From Thermoplasmatota archaeon (GTDB taxonomy: Archaea; Thermoplasmatota; Penumbrarchaeia; Penumbrarchaeales; Penumbrarchaeaceae), in assembly GCA_049472215.1 (NCBI GenBank), contig JBLIRH010000007.1, positions 1 through 62,965 on the forward strand: a stretch of DNA of 62,965 bases. The letters are read 5' to 3'. A model generated the notes under the pieces. It was not told the DNA's origin. It saw nothing but the letters and a program-made list of their open reading frames with translations, and did not search any database. The translations under genes and the position numbers were made by a program. Positions 1-8,160 of the stretch are shown here, in pieces. Positions within the stretch are counted from its first letter, which is position 1. Every line of letters starts with the position of its first letter.

Positions 1-20
1 TGCCAAGAATGCTGATCGTT

Positions 21-341
21 TCAGGACCTATCACGTTCCTTCTTCCATTTCTCGAATTCTCTGAACTCCTTTCTAAATTTCAGATACCTCTTCTGGAACT
101 CATCCCACTCCTTCTCATGCTTTATCCTAACTATGTTGAATTCTGCGAGATCCTTCATCAGAAGAGCTCTCTTTTCCTGGACGTGGGCCAGTTCCGGGTC
201 CTTTTTCGAGAGGTCCGAAAGAAGCTCCTGGATCATGTTCTCCTGATCCTCGGTGATCTTCCTGAGCTCCTCGTTCTCATTCTCGAGCTCAAGTATGCGA
301 TTGTCCCTGAACTCGAGCTCCTTCTTCTTGAAAAGGTCCAT
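21..341 (-). CDS. hypothetical coiled-coil protein (106 aa)
   Basis: Complete ORF. K/E/L-rich heptad-like sequence (ELENENEELRKITEDQENMIQELL). Co-oriented with and directly downstream of 376..822. No family recognised. Confidence 0.5.
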   Translation of the reverse strand: MDLFKKKELEFRDNRILELENENEELRKITEDQENMIQELLSDLSKKDPELAHVQEKRALLMKDLAEFNIVRIKHEKEWDEFQKRYLKFRKEFREFEKWKKERDRS

Positions 342-375
342 CTGTCTTCCCTTCTCGTTATTTTCGAAGCATCTA

Positions 376-822
376 TTATATCAGTTTGAATTTCTTGGCG
401 TAATTGTCCCCGGGTTTCATATATTCCAGGTTCTGCATCTTCAGATGAAGCAGTGCATAGTTCGGATCCTCCGGGGTCGACCAGTATTCCGAAAAGTAGC
501 TCGTGCTCATGGCGACGTCGCTCCTTATCTTCTGGTCCTTCACCACCTCCATCTTCCCGTCGATCCGGAGATATCCGTTCCCCTTTTCGTCCTTCACATC
601 GATGCACAGCTCGACGTTGTCGTTCTCCGAAAGCTGCTTCATCTTCGCGTCGTTGGTCCCCGTCAGTATGAAATGCTCGGACCCGAACCTGACCATCGTC
701 AACGGCCGTACCCTGGGGACATCACCATCTATGGTCGCAAGTTTTACGATCTGCATATCCTTGATCATTCCAAGGATGCTTTCGACATCGATATCTTCTT
801 CTTCCATTCCATCACCTCTCAT
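376..822 (-). CDS. pyridoxamine 5'-phosphate oxidase-like FMN-binding split-barrel protein
   Basis: 148-aa ORF. Its pattern (IVKLATIDGDVPRVRPLTMV...FILTGTNDAKMKQL...VELCIDV...GYLRIDGKMEVVKD) resembles the PNPOx / general-stress-protein-26 family by eye. Confidence 0.7.
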   Translation of the reverse strand: MRGDGMEEEDIDVESILGMIKDMQIVKLATIDGDVPRVRPLTMVRFGSEHFILTGTNDAKMKQLSENDNVELCIDVKDEKGNGYLRIDGKMEVVKDQKIRSDVAMSTSYFSEYWSTPEDPNYALLHLKMQNLEYMKPGDNYAKKFKLI

Positions 823-834
823 AAAGATATTATC

Positions 835-2340
835 TCATTCTTCCCAATCGAGGATCCTTTTATTTCCCTCGAGTTCCCTGATATGTGTAACGTCCTGGGA
901 GACCTCGAGCGTCCCGAGGAACGTTCCCTCTCTGTTCCTGACGGCGAAGTATCGGATATGGATGAACTTGCCGTGAAGCTGTATCCAGAATTCGGCCGCA
1001 TCCTTGTTCCCTGCCCTGAACTCTTCCAAAATCTTCTCGACCACATGGACGCTCTTGGGGGGATGACAGTTCTTGACCTCCCTTCCTATGACGGCAGGGC
1101 TCCTTGGAAAGATCCTTTCATCCGTAGCGGAATAATATGCGACCTTGTTCTCGGCGTTCACGAAGGAGATGTCGATCGGGAGCGTTCTCAGCATGCAATT
1201 CAATTGCTCTAGGGTGAGATATCCCTCATCAAGTCTGAGCCTGCCACCGGGATCTGATGCACCTACTTCTTTCCCTTCGGAGGTCCCTGGACCGAAACCC
1301 TCGTCGGGTTTGATCCATGCATATCCAATTTCCTCCTCCCCCCTTCTGACCTTCTTCCATTCCTCCTCGTTCAGTTTCTCCAGGCTCATGGGGAAGAGGA
1401 CCTTCTCCTCCTTGTAGATCATATCCTTCATGGTCCTGCTCATTTTCTCCAGATGCTCGGAAAGTGGCTCGAACTCCTTCATCTCCAGCTTGAGCTTCGC
1501 TTCTTTTATCATCGCCCTGATATCATCATGGAGAGCCCACATTACCTGGCTCGGACCGGTGACCTCATGCTTTTCTAGTAGAGGGAAAAGCTGGTTCTCC
1601 TTCCGAAGGTAGTGGAGGTCCAGCTTTGAGATGCTATCGAGGAGTCTTCCTATCTCCTGCTTCCCCTCCTCGAAGGTTTTAGATCCTCCCTTGATATCCC
1701 TCACAGTCCCGGAAAGGGCTGCCAGCAATCCGTCCAGGACCTCGTTCTCCTTCATGAAAGTGTGGACGGGATGGCCGGGAGGGACGCCGATCTCCTCCTT
1801 CTTGTCCAGTGAATCCTTGAAGACCTGAACGTGAACGTCGCACAGCTTTTTGATCTCCTCCTGAGGCAGACCCTCGTCGATGAGCTCCTGCTCCATCCTT
1901 GCTATCTCGGTTGAATCCACATCTCTTGCAAGGTTCAGGAACCTTCCTTTGACCTCCTCGACGGTCTTTCCGGAGTGAAGGTCCTTGATGATCGATTTAA
2001 GCTGCTCGATGTTCTCATCGGATGTCTGGTCTGCTTCGGACCTCGTTCCTTCTATCCTCTTCCCGGTTACCCTCTCGATCTCCCCGATCAATGCTCCGAT
2101 GAGGTCATGAAGTTCCACTCCTCCCATCTGGGAGACCATTTCGAGTGTTGCGATCTTCCCCATCTGTTTTCGCATTTCAGGGTCTTGGAGCTTGGTAAAG
2201 ACCGGTGAGATCCTCGGTAGATATCCCAAAAGAAATGGATAATCATCGATCAGGTCGCCTATCAGGGTACTGCCATCGAGTTTCAATTTCGTTCCCCCTA
2301 TAACAGAATGTCCATATTCGGACTTAATCCTTCGGTTCAC
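835..2340 (-). CDS. DUF1858 - hemerythrin(HHE) - DUF438 - PAS domain protein (putative O2/NO/iron-sensing)
   Basis: 501-aa ORF. The N-terminus is DUF1858-like (LIGDLIDDYPFLLGYLPRISPVF). The central part has helical H/E-rich hemerythrin-like repeats. The C-terminus carries the DUF438/PAS signature (PIDISFVNAENKVAYYS...FPRSPAVIGREVKNCHPPKS...GTLEVSQDVT). Confidence 0.8.
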   Translation of the reverse strand: MNRRIKSEYGHSVIGGTKLKLDGSTLIGDLIDDYPFLLGYLPRISPVFTKLQDPEMRKQMGKIATLEMVSQMGGVELHDLIGALIGEIERVTGKRIEGTRSEADQTSDENIEQLKSIIKDLHSGKTVEEVKGRFLNLARDVDSTEIARMEQELIDEGLPQEEIKKLCDVHVQVFKDSLDKKEEIGVPPGHPVHTFMKENEVLDGLLAALSGTVRDIKGGSKTFEEGKQEIGRLLDSISKLDLHYLRKENQLFPLLEKHEVTGPSQVMWALHDDIRAMIKEAKLKLEMKEFEPLSEHLEKMSRTMKDMIYKEEKVLFPMSLEKLNEEEWKKVRRGEEEIGYAWIKPDEGFGPGTSEGKEVGASDPGGRLRLDEGYLTLEQLNCMLRTLPIDISFVNAENKVAYYSATDERIFPRSPAVIGREVKNCHPPKSVHVVEKILEEFRAGNKDAAEFWIQLHGKFIHIRYFAVRNREGTFLGTLEVSQDVTHIRELEGNKRILDWEE

Positions 2341-2349
2341 CTTGCGTGG

Positions 2350-2395
2350 TCCATCATGGTTTCCATCATGAAATCACATATTCATGTGGAAACTC
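2350..2395. promoter_or_regulatory. candidate operator in divergent promoter: direct repeat TCCATCATG x2 and imperfect 13-nt palindrome
   Basis: TCCATCATG occurs at 2350..2358 and 2362..2370. TTTCCATCATGAA (from 2361) and TTCATG-TGGAAA (to 2395) are near reverse complements with one base missing, flanking ATCACAT. The element lies between divergent genes 835..2340(-) and 2463..2777(+). Confidence 0.4.
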
Positions 2396-2425
2396 CATTG
2401 CTTATGTAGGGGAAAGATGATTATA

Positions 2426-2448
2426 CATGGTATAATAAAGATACCATG
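2426..2448. promoter_or_regulatory. perfect 8-bp inverted repeat CATGGTAT-N7-ATACCATG around an A/T-rich TATA-like core
   Basis: CATGGTAT (2426..2433), AATAAAG, then ATACCATG (2441..2448). It ends 14 nt upstream of the cupin ATG (2463), just before GGAGGGG, an SD-like motif. Confidence 0.35.
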
Positions 2449-2462
2449 GAGGGGTTGATATC

Positions 2463-2777
2463 ATGGCCAAACCGTTCAGAGCAAAGGTAGAAGACCTGGT
2501 GGAATACCAGGATGGGGCTGTAGTGAGCAGAGCATTGATCACCAAGAAGGAGGGGACGGTCACGGTCTTCTCATTCGATAAGGACCAGGGACTTTCCGAA
2601 CATACGGCTCCATTCGATGCAATGGTCCAGGTCACGGATGGAAAGGCATTGATAACCATCTCAGGAGAGGAATATATCCTCGAAAAAGGGGAGATGATAA
2701 TAATGCCGGCAAACGAGCCCCACGGACTAAAAGCTCTATCCCCCTTCAAGATGCTCCTAACAATGATAAGGGCGTGA
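2463..2777 (+). CDS. cupin-domain protein (104 aa)
   Basis: Cupin_2-like motifs (GLSEHTAPFDAMVQVTDGKALITISGEEYILEKGEMIIMPANEPHGL). SD-like GGAGGGG lies upstream. Confidence 0.8.
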   Translation: MAKPFRAKVEDLVEYQDGAVVSRALITKKEGTVTVFSFDKDQGLSEHTAPFDAMVQVTDGKALITISGEEYILEKGEMIIMPANEPHGLKALSPFKMLLTMIRA

Positions 2778-2806
2778 ACCCATACCAATTATCCGGTCGT
2801 GGAAAT

Positions 2807-3979
2807 ATGGAAAAGACGAAAGTGGGGGCTGATGAGGACCTGCAAGGGGAATATGATGTCATAGTCATAGGCGGAGGTCCTTCGGGAATAACCGCTGCCA
2901 TCAGGTGCAGGAACCATCATCTGTCGGTCCTGCTGGTAGAGGGAAGGAAACTTGGAGGCCAGCTAAACCAGCTATATCCTACCAAATATATCCTGGATTA
3001 CTCTTCTTACCCCGAGATCAGGGCAGGATACCTGGCGGACCTAATGATACACCATGCGAGGTACAAGGAGGTCCCCATGGTGGAGGACACGACGGTCGAA
3101 TCCATCGAGAGATCGGGAAAGATGTTCAGGTTGAGGACATCGAAGAGGGACTTCGAAACGAAAGCTGTCATCCTGGCCATCGGAATGGGTCTCTTCGAAC
3201 CGATGAAACTGGGGGTCGAGGGGGAGGAAAGATACCTGGACCGGGGTGTGGCCTATGCGGTCCCCAATATGGAGATATACAGGGGCCAGAACGTACTTGT
3301 TGTCGGGGGTGGGGACACCGCAGTTGAAAATGCGATCGGATTGAGCCGTGTCGCAAGGGTAACGCTCATCCATAGAAGGGATTCGTTTCGGGCCATCGAA
3401 TCTAACCTTGAACTCCTGGAGAGGTCACTTGTAACAGTGATAAAGAACACGGAGGTAAAGGAGTTCAAGGGGGACGACTCTCTAAGAAAGGTATCATTAT
3501 ATGATAACAAGGAAAAAAGGACTTTTGATATGGATTTCGACGCTGTCGTGATCAACATAGGTTTCTCACCCAACCTTTCACTTGTTGAAAAAGCAGGGGT
3601 CAAGAACGATGGGAGCCATATCCTGGTGACGGGACCGGACATGCACACCAATGTCCCGGGGATCTTCGCCTGCGGCGATATCGTCGAGTATGAAGGCAAG
3701 GCGAGACAGATCCACCCGGCGACAGGGGAGGGGGTCATAGCATCCGAGGAGGCCTACAAGTTCATCAAGTCCCCCTACTGGGCAGAGAGGAACACTGCAG
3801 GGGTGGTCGTGGACAAGGAGAAATGCGTTGCCTGCGGTGCGTGCATGGCACTATGTCCACAGGTATTTCAGGCAGACAAAAGTAGAAAGTCCGAGGTCAA
3901 GGAAGGAGCTGACACCTCGCTTCCCTGCGTCGATACCGCCATCGAGGCATGCCCGAGAAAAGCTATAGAACGTACCTGA
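2807..3979 (+). CDS. thioredoxin-reductase-like ferredoxin-NADP+ oxidoreductase fused to a C-terminal single-cluster ferredoxin domain
   Basis: FAD motif YDVIVIGGGPSGITAA, NAD(P) motif VLVVGGGDTAVENA, and GIFACGDIV. GVAYAV stands in place of the TrxR CxxC, as in YumC-type FNR. The C-terminus is CVACGACMALCP...ACPRKAI (Fe-S ferredoxin). An alternative GTG start at 2774 overlaps the cupin stop (GTGA). Confidence 0.8.
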   Translation: MEKTKVGADEDLQGEYDVIVIGGGPSGITAAIRCRNHHLSVLLVEGRKLGGQLNQLYPTKYILDYSSYPEIRAGYLADLMIHHARYKEVPMVEDTTVESIERSGKMFRLRTSKRDFETKAVILAIGMGLFEPMKLGVEGEERYLDRGVAYAVPNMEIYRGQNVLVVGGGDTAVENAIGLSRVARVTLIHRRDSFRAIESNLELLERSLVTVIKNTEVKEFKGDDSLRKVSLYDNKEKRTFDMDFDAVVINIGFSPNLSLVEKAGVKNDGSHILVTGPDMHTNVPGIFACGDIVEYEGKARQIHPATGEGVIASEEAYKFIKSPYWAERNTAGVVVDKEKCVACGACMALCPQVFQADKSRKSEVKEGADTSLPCVDTAIEACPRKAIERT

Positions 3980-3981
3980 CA

Positions 3982-4266
3982 TCATTTCAGGGAATTATAC
4001 AGGAGCAGGCCAAGGGCCACGACTCCGAAGCCGGTTATGAACATCAGGAAGTTCATCACGAGGGCGGTGAAATCCGCCATCATCGTGACCAGGGCATAGA
4101 ACATCAGCGAGTTCTGGGCGAAGAAGAAGAAGGCGACGAACATTAGGGTCAAGGTGAACCTGGCCCGGACCTTGACATAGCTTCGAAGATAAACTACCAG
4201 CAAGACTAGTGCAAGTACCGCTCCGATGGCGGAGAACACTGTTGTTATATCGCCTGCCAGTGCCAT
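3982..4266 (-). CDS. small integral membrane protein (94 aa, about 3 TM)
   Basis: Hydrophobic ORF downstream of and co-oriented with the wHTH regulator 4334..4645. No family recognised. Confidence 0.6.
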   Translation of the reverse strand: MALAGDITTVFSAIGAVLALVLLVVYLRSYVKVRARFTLTLMFVAFFFFAQNSLMFYALVTMMADFTALVMNFLMFITGFGVVALGLLLYNSLK

Positions 4267-4333
4267 TTTCAGGCCCCTTCGCAGGAAATATCCTTGCCGT
4301 CGTTTATAAGTCTATACCAGAATCTTTTCATAA

Positions 4334-4645
4334 TCACTTCACCACGTTCCCCTTTATCTCCTCGAAAGTACCGATATGCTTCTCCATTATGCCGGAAAGG
4401 AAATACATTGATCCGTAGGCGTCCCCGGCGGGCCTGGCAAGTACGTTGTTATCGGTCAGGACCTTCAGATGGTGCCTTATGGTCCTGTAGTCCATCTCAA
4501 GCTTCTCCGAAAGCTGATTGGCGTTGTATGGGCGCTCGATCAACGCCTCGATGATCTTGATACGGCTGTAGCCTCCGCGGGTCCCCGCAAGTATGTACCA
4601 GAGCACCTGTTTCAAACTGCCCCCTTCGAACGGAACAACCAACAC
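4334..4645 (-). CDS. ArsR-type winged helix-turn-helix transcriptional regulator
   Basis: RIKIIEALIERPYNANQLSEKLEMDYRTIRHHLKVLTDNNVL is a typical ArsR/SmtB HTH segment. Confidence 0.75.
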   Translation of the reverse strand: MLVVPFEGGSLKQVLWYILAGTRGGYSRIKIIEALIERPYNANQLSEKLEMDYRTIRHHLKVLTDNNVLARPAGDAYGSMYFLSGIMEKHIGTFEEIKGNVVK

Positions 4646-4796
4646 ATTACGATAACTGTTTTTCGGTTGACCATTTAACCTCGGGCATCAAAACACTTTC
4701 CTTACCTGAATTATGGTGAGATTCTGGTATCAATATGGTTTCAATCTGAAAAATCGTTTTTAAATAGTGCCTCGATGGGAATACAAGGTGTTTGAA

Positions 4797-5228
4797 ATGC
4801 GAAAGATACTGATTGGATCGGTTGCCATCATAGGGGCATTTGCTCTAATGGTGGCTGTCTTCGGAGCCCAGGTTGAAGCGAAAAAACAGACGACGCAGCT
4901 CTATTACGAGGGTGAGTTCGTTACGGCCCTTCTGCCGAACGGAGGAGCCGTAGCTTTCAAGGAACTGCCGGAAAATGCGAACTCCTACCCCTTCGACCCC
5001 ATCTATGTCTTCGTCGATGAGGACACCGGAATGCCTCATGCACAGAATCCTCTGATCGGAAGCGTTCCCGGTGATAAAGACTACACGGGAGGAAGATGGC
5101 AGGTCTTCCTCGTCTACGGCACCACAGCGGCCGATGACGACATCACATCCGTAATGGACCTCATGGACATGGACCTCGAAATAATGGAAACGAACATGTA
5201 TTTCTCCTGCCCCGTGATCAGCAGCTGA
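4797..5228 (+). CDS. secreted or membrane-anchored hypothetical protein
   Basis: The N-terminus MRKILIGSVAIIGAFALMVAVFGAQVEA looks like a signal peptide or anchor. The ORF track starts at GTG 4767; ATG 4797 is preferred. Confidence 0.55.
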   Translation: MRKILIGSVAIIGAFALMVAVFGAQVEAKKQTTQLYYEGEFVTALLPNGGAVAFKELPENANSYPFDPIYVFVDEDTGMPHAQNPLIGSVPGDKDYTGGRWQVFLVYGTTAADDDITSVMDLMDMDLEIMETNMYFSCPVISS

Positions 5229-5237
5229 TCGTCCGAA

Positions 5238-5281
5238 GGGAGGTGAAGGTCCACCACTTCGCCTCCCTAATACTTTTTTTT
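5238..5281. terminator. hairpin plus T8 tract between convergent genes
   Basis: GGGAGGTGAAG (5238..5248) pairs with CTTCGCCTCCC (5257..5267): 11 bp with one G-U, 8-nt loop. A run of 8 T follows at 5274..5281. Confidence 0.5.
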
Positions 5282-5777
5282 AAACCATTGGAGGTACCGG
5301 GGGCTCCCCGATATCCACCCTCCTTTTTCTGACCCGTTGCTCCCTCTTTTCGATCAGATGTATCCATTTCACGGGAAGCATCACGATCTTGTATGTATGC
5401 AGGCCATCCGTCACGACGAAATGGCGGAGGAGGGTCTCCTCCTCTCCCGTATTGTAAACATACTGTTTTTTCGTTATCTGGAAATGCTCATCAAGGACAA
5501 TTTTTTTCGTCAACCTCGGGAAGGAACCGAACAGTACGTAATGGTCCCCTTTGTCGAACATTATCAGAAAGGACCTGGAAAGGACAAAGACGATCCCGCT
5601 GATGGCAGCCATCGAGAATAAATGGACAACAAGGATGGACCATTCCAGCAGGTCAGCTCTTCCGTGAATGATCGGGACGATGGACATGTCGAACAAATAA
5701 AGCGCGAAAGCGATCATGAACGAAAGAAGGAACAGAAAGGAAGCGAACTTGAGGTTGTACATCGTCTTCGAGGCCAT
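5280..5777 (-). CDS. membrane protein, hypothetical (165 aa)
   Basis: About 3 N-terminal TM helices followed by a soluble C-terminal half. A bacterial-PH/DUF304-like topology is only a guess. Confidence 0.55.
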   Translation of the reverse strand: MASKTMYNLKFASFLFLLSFMIAFALYLFDMSIVPIIHGRADLLEWSILVVHLFSMAAISGIVFVLSRSFLIMFDKGDHYVLFGSFPRLTKKIVLDEHFQITKKQYVYNTGEEETLLRHFVVTDGLHTYKIVMLPVKWIHLIEKREQRVRKRRVDIGEPPVPPMV

Positions 5778-5817
5778 GATCGGTTCTAAAAGGGGGTCGA
5801 GGTTATTTACAACTTCT

Positions 5818-6918
5818 TCAAATGAAATAATCCAGTTTCAGCTGTTTGAAGCCGCTCCTTTCAAGGTCCACGTTCACGAGGTTCGATATGGCGATCCCGA
5901 GAAGCCTCACCTTGAGTCTCCCGGCCTGGGTCCTCTCGAGGAGATCCGGGATGCATCTCATGATGGATGCCGAATCTCTAACGGGCTCATCAACGGTCAT
6001 AGACCTTGATATCCTGCAGAAATCGAAATAACGGAGCTTCAGGGTCACCGTTCTTCCCTTGAGGTCCCTCTTCTTCATGAGCTTCTCGAGCTTCTCGGCA
6101 GTGGAAGAGAGTATCTTCATCATCTCGTCGCGGTCGTCGATATCCTCGTTGAGGGTCCTCTCGGACCCGATGGACTTCCTCTCCCTGAAGGAGATGACAG
6201 GACTGTCGTGCAGGTTGTGCGCGATCTCGAAATAGTATGCCCCGTGTCTGCCGAACATCCTTACAAGCTCCGGTTTCGAATACTTCCTGAGGTCCCTTCC
6301 CGTGAGAATTCCGTGATCGATCATCCTCTTCTCGGTCACCTCCCCGACACCGTAGAACTTCCTGATCGGAAGGTTCTCGATGAACTCGTCAGCTGTTTCC
6401 TTCGTGACCACGGTGAGGCCGTCGGGTTTGTTCATGCCGGAAGCCACCTTTGCCAGGAACTTGTTGAAGGAAACCCCCGCCGATGCGGTCAGGCCTGTTT
6501 GCTGGAATATCCTCTCCTTTATCTCGCTGGCGATATTCTCTGCAGTTCGATCTTCATCGACAAGGTCCGTGACATCAATGAAAGCCTCGTCAAGGGAAAG
6601 GGGCTCCACGACATCCGTGTAGGAGTTGAAGATGTCCATTATGGTGTTAGAAACCTCCTTGTAGGCATCGAACCTCGGGTGGACGAAGATCGCCTCCGGA
6701 CAAAGCCTGTATGCCATGGAACTGGACATCGCCGAGTGGATGCCGAACTGCCTGGCTTCGTACGAGCAGGCGGCCACTACTCCCCTCCCTCTTGGCTCCC
6801 CTCCAACAATGACAGGTTTTCCCTTCAGCTGAGGGTCGTCCCTCTGCTCTACGGAAGCATAGAAGGCATCCATGTCGACATGTATCACGTGCCTTTCCCT
6901 GCTATCCTTTGGACCCAT
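5818..6918 (-). CDS. dinB: Y-family DNA polymerase IV (DinB/Dpo4-like)
   Basis: HVDMDAFYASVEQRDDPQLKGKPVIVGG, SLDEAFIDVT, and LPIRKFYGVGEVTEKRM are canonical Y-family palm and finger motifs. Confidence 0.93.
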   Translation of the reverse strand: MGPKDSRERHVIHVDMDAFYASVEQRDDPQLKGKPVIVGGEPRGRGVVAACSYEARQFGIHSAMSSSMAYRLCPEAIFVHPRFDAYKEVSNTIMDIFNSYTDVVEPLSLDEAFIDVTDLVDEDRTAENIASEIKERIFQQTGLTASAGVSFNKFLAKVASGMNKPDGLTVVTKETADEFIENLPIRKFYGVGEVTEKRMIDHGILTGRDLRKYSKPELVRMFGRHGAYYFEIAHNLHDSPVISFRERKSIGSERTLNEDIDDRDEMMKILSSTAEKLEKLMKKRDLKGRTVTLKLRYFDFCRISRSMTVDEPVRDSASIMRCIPDLLERTQAGRLKVRLLGIAISNLVNVDLERSGFKQLKLDYFI

Positions 6919-7044
6919 AGCCCTTTCGCTCCCTGAAGGGAGTAAAAAAAAGCCTTACAAGATTTAAGAGATGCACCTGGGGGAGGGCTAGGTGAAAGCT
7001 GAAAGGGGGTCAAACCTAATATCCGAAGTATCCGTTCATCTGCC

Positions 7045-7560
7045 ATGGAGCGGGCACGGGAAGAGTTCCTTCAAAGCGTTCATGATACTGCATACGGGTA
7101 CGAACACGATTTCGGTGGATGCACCCAATCCGTTCTCAGGACGATCCAGGAGCATTTTGGGACCATCACGGACGAGGTGATTAGGGCCGGTCATTCGTTG
7201 GCGGGAGGCGGCGCTCTCGCCTGCTGCGGAACATGCGGATCATTGAACGGCGGCCTCATGGCAATAAGCAGTTTCTTCGGACGGACAAAGGATGGGTTCG
7301 GGAGGGAGAGGGAGTTCAAGATGTCATACAAGATCTCCATGAGACTGTACGACCGTTTCATGGAGGAATACGGGAGCGCGCTCTGCCCTGATGTTCAATC
7401 AGGTCTCATGGGACGCTCGTTCGACCTGAGGACCAGAGAGGGCAATATCGAGTTCGACCAGGCAGGGGGACATGATGACAAATGCCCTTCTGTTGTTGGG
7501 AACACTGCAAGGTGGACAGCCGAACTCCTGCTCGAAGCCGGCGTCGAGCCCATTAAATGA
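7045..7560 (+). CDS. C_GCAxxG_C_C family protein
   Basis: GGCTQSVLRTI, then GGGALACCGTCGSLNGGLMAIS, then a later CP...KCPSVVG arrangement typical of the family. Confidence 0.75.
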   Translation: MERAREEFLQSVHDTAYGYEHDFGGCTQSVLRTIQEHFGTITDEVIRAGHSLAGGGALACCGTCGSLNGGLMAISSFFGRTKDGFGREREFKMSYKISMRLYDRFMEEYGSALCPDVQSGLMGRSFDLRTREGNIEFDQAGGHDDKCPSVVGNTARWTAELLLEAGVEPIK

Positions 7561-7617
7561 CCGGGTCCTCTGAAAGGTTTTAAGTCCTGTCCTGCCATGG
7601 TGCGGGCAGGTGACCCA

Positions 7618-8013
7618 ATGGCAACCGGGAGATTTGCTACCGCTATCAACTGCATGGACGGGAGGACGCAGCTTCCCGTCAACGAGTGGATGAAAAATGA
7701 ATTCGGCGTCGATCACGTCGATACGATCACGGAGCCTGGACCGAACGGTGTGTTGGCAAATGGAAAGGAGCCCCTTGTCTCCACCATAAGGGACAGGGTA
7801 ATGATATCGGTAAACGGCCACGGTTCCCGTGTGATCGCTCTGGTCGGGCACCACGATTGCGCAGGCAATCCCGGACCGAAGGAGATGCAGATCGACCATG
7901 TCCTCAAAGGTCTTGAGGCCCTCAGGTCCTGGAACCTGCCGGTAAGGCTTGTCGGATTGTGGGTAGGCGAGGACTGGAAGGTTGAGGTCCTTTTCGACTC
8001 CGATGGGAAGTAG
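7618..8013 (+). CDS. small protein with beta-class carbonic-anhydrase-like metal motifs
   Basis: CMDGR (7651..7665), ITEPG, and VGHHDCAG (HxxC at 7849..7860) parallel the beta-CA CxDxR / NAG / HxxC zinc site. At about 131 aa it is shorter than canonical beta-CAs. An alternative ATG lies at 7597. Confidence 0.55.
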   Translation: MATGRFATAINCMDGRTQLPVNEWMKNEFGVDHVDTITEPGPNGVLANGKEPLVSTIRDRVMISVNGHGSRVIALVGHHDCAGNPGPKEMQIDHVLKGLEALRSWNLPVRLVGLWVGEDWKVEVLFDSDGK

Positions 8014-8076
8014 TGACACAAAACCTTGCAAAACGAATATAAACCATGGTGCATGTCGGAAGCTCCCAGATGGAAA

Positions 8077-8124
8077 TCTGCAACGTCGGATCAGCGGAAA
8101 ACGGACTGCAGACCGGTATTTTTT
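8077..8124 (+). terminator. weak hairpin plus T6 tract upstream of carA
   Basis: TCTGCA (8077..8082) and TGCAGA (8107..8112) form an inverted repeat. TTTTTT follows at 8119..8124. Confidence 0.3.
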
Positions 8125-8160
8125 ATCTCCTTTTCGGGTGTTCAAGGGGTGTGAGATCGA

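Noticed and set aside
2361-2395. Inverted TGGAAAC-containing elements that resemble archaeal mini-ORB origin boxes.
   Set aside because: Only 7 nt match the ORB core. The two copies are separated by about 7 nt with no unwinding element. The site lies in a 122-nt divergent promoter 36 kb from orc1. An operator is the more parsimonious reading.
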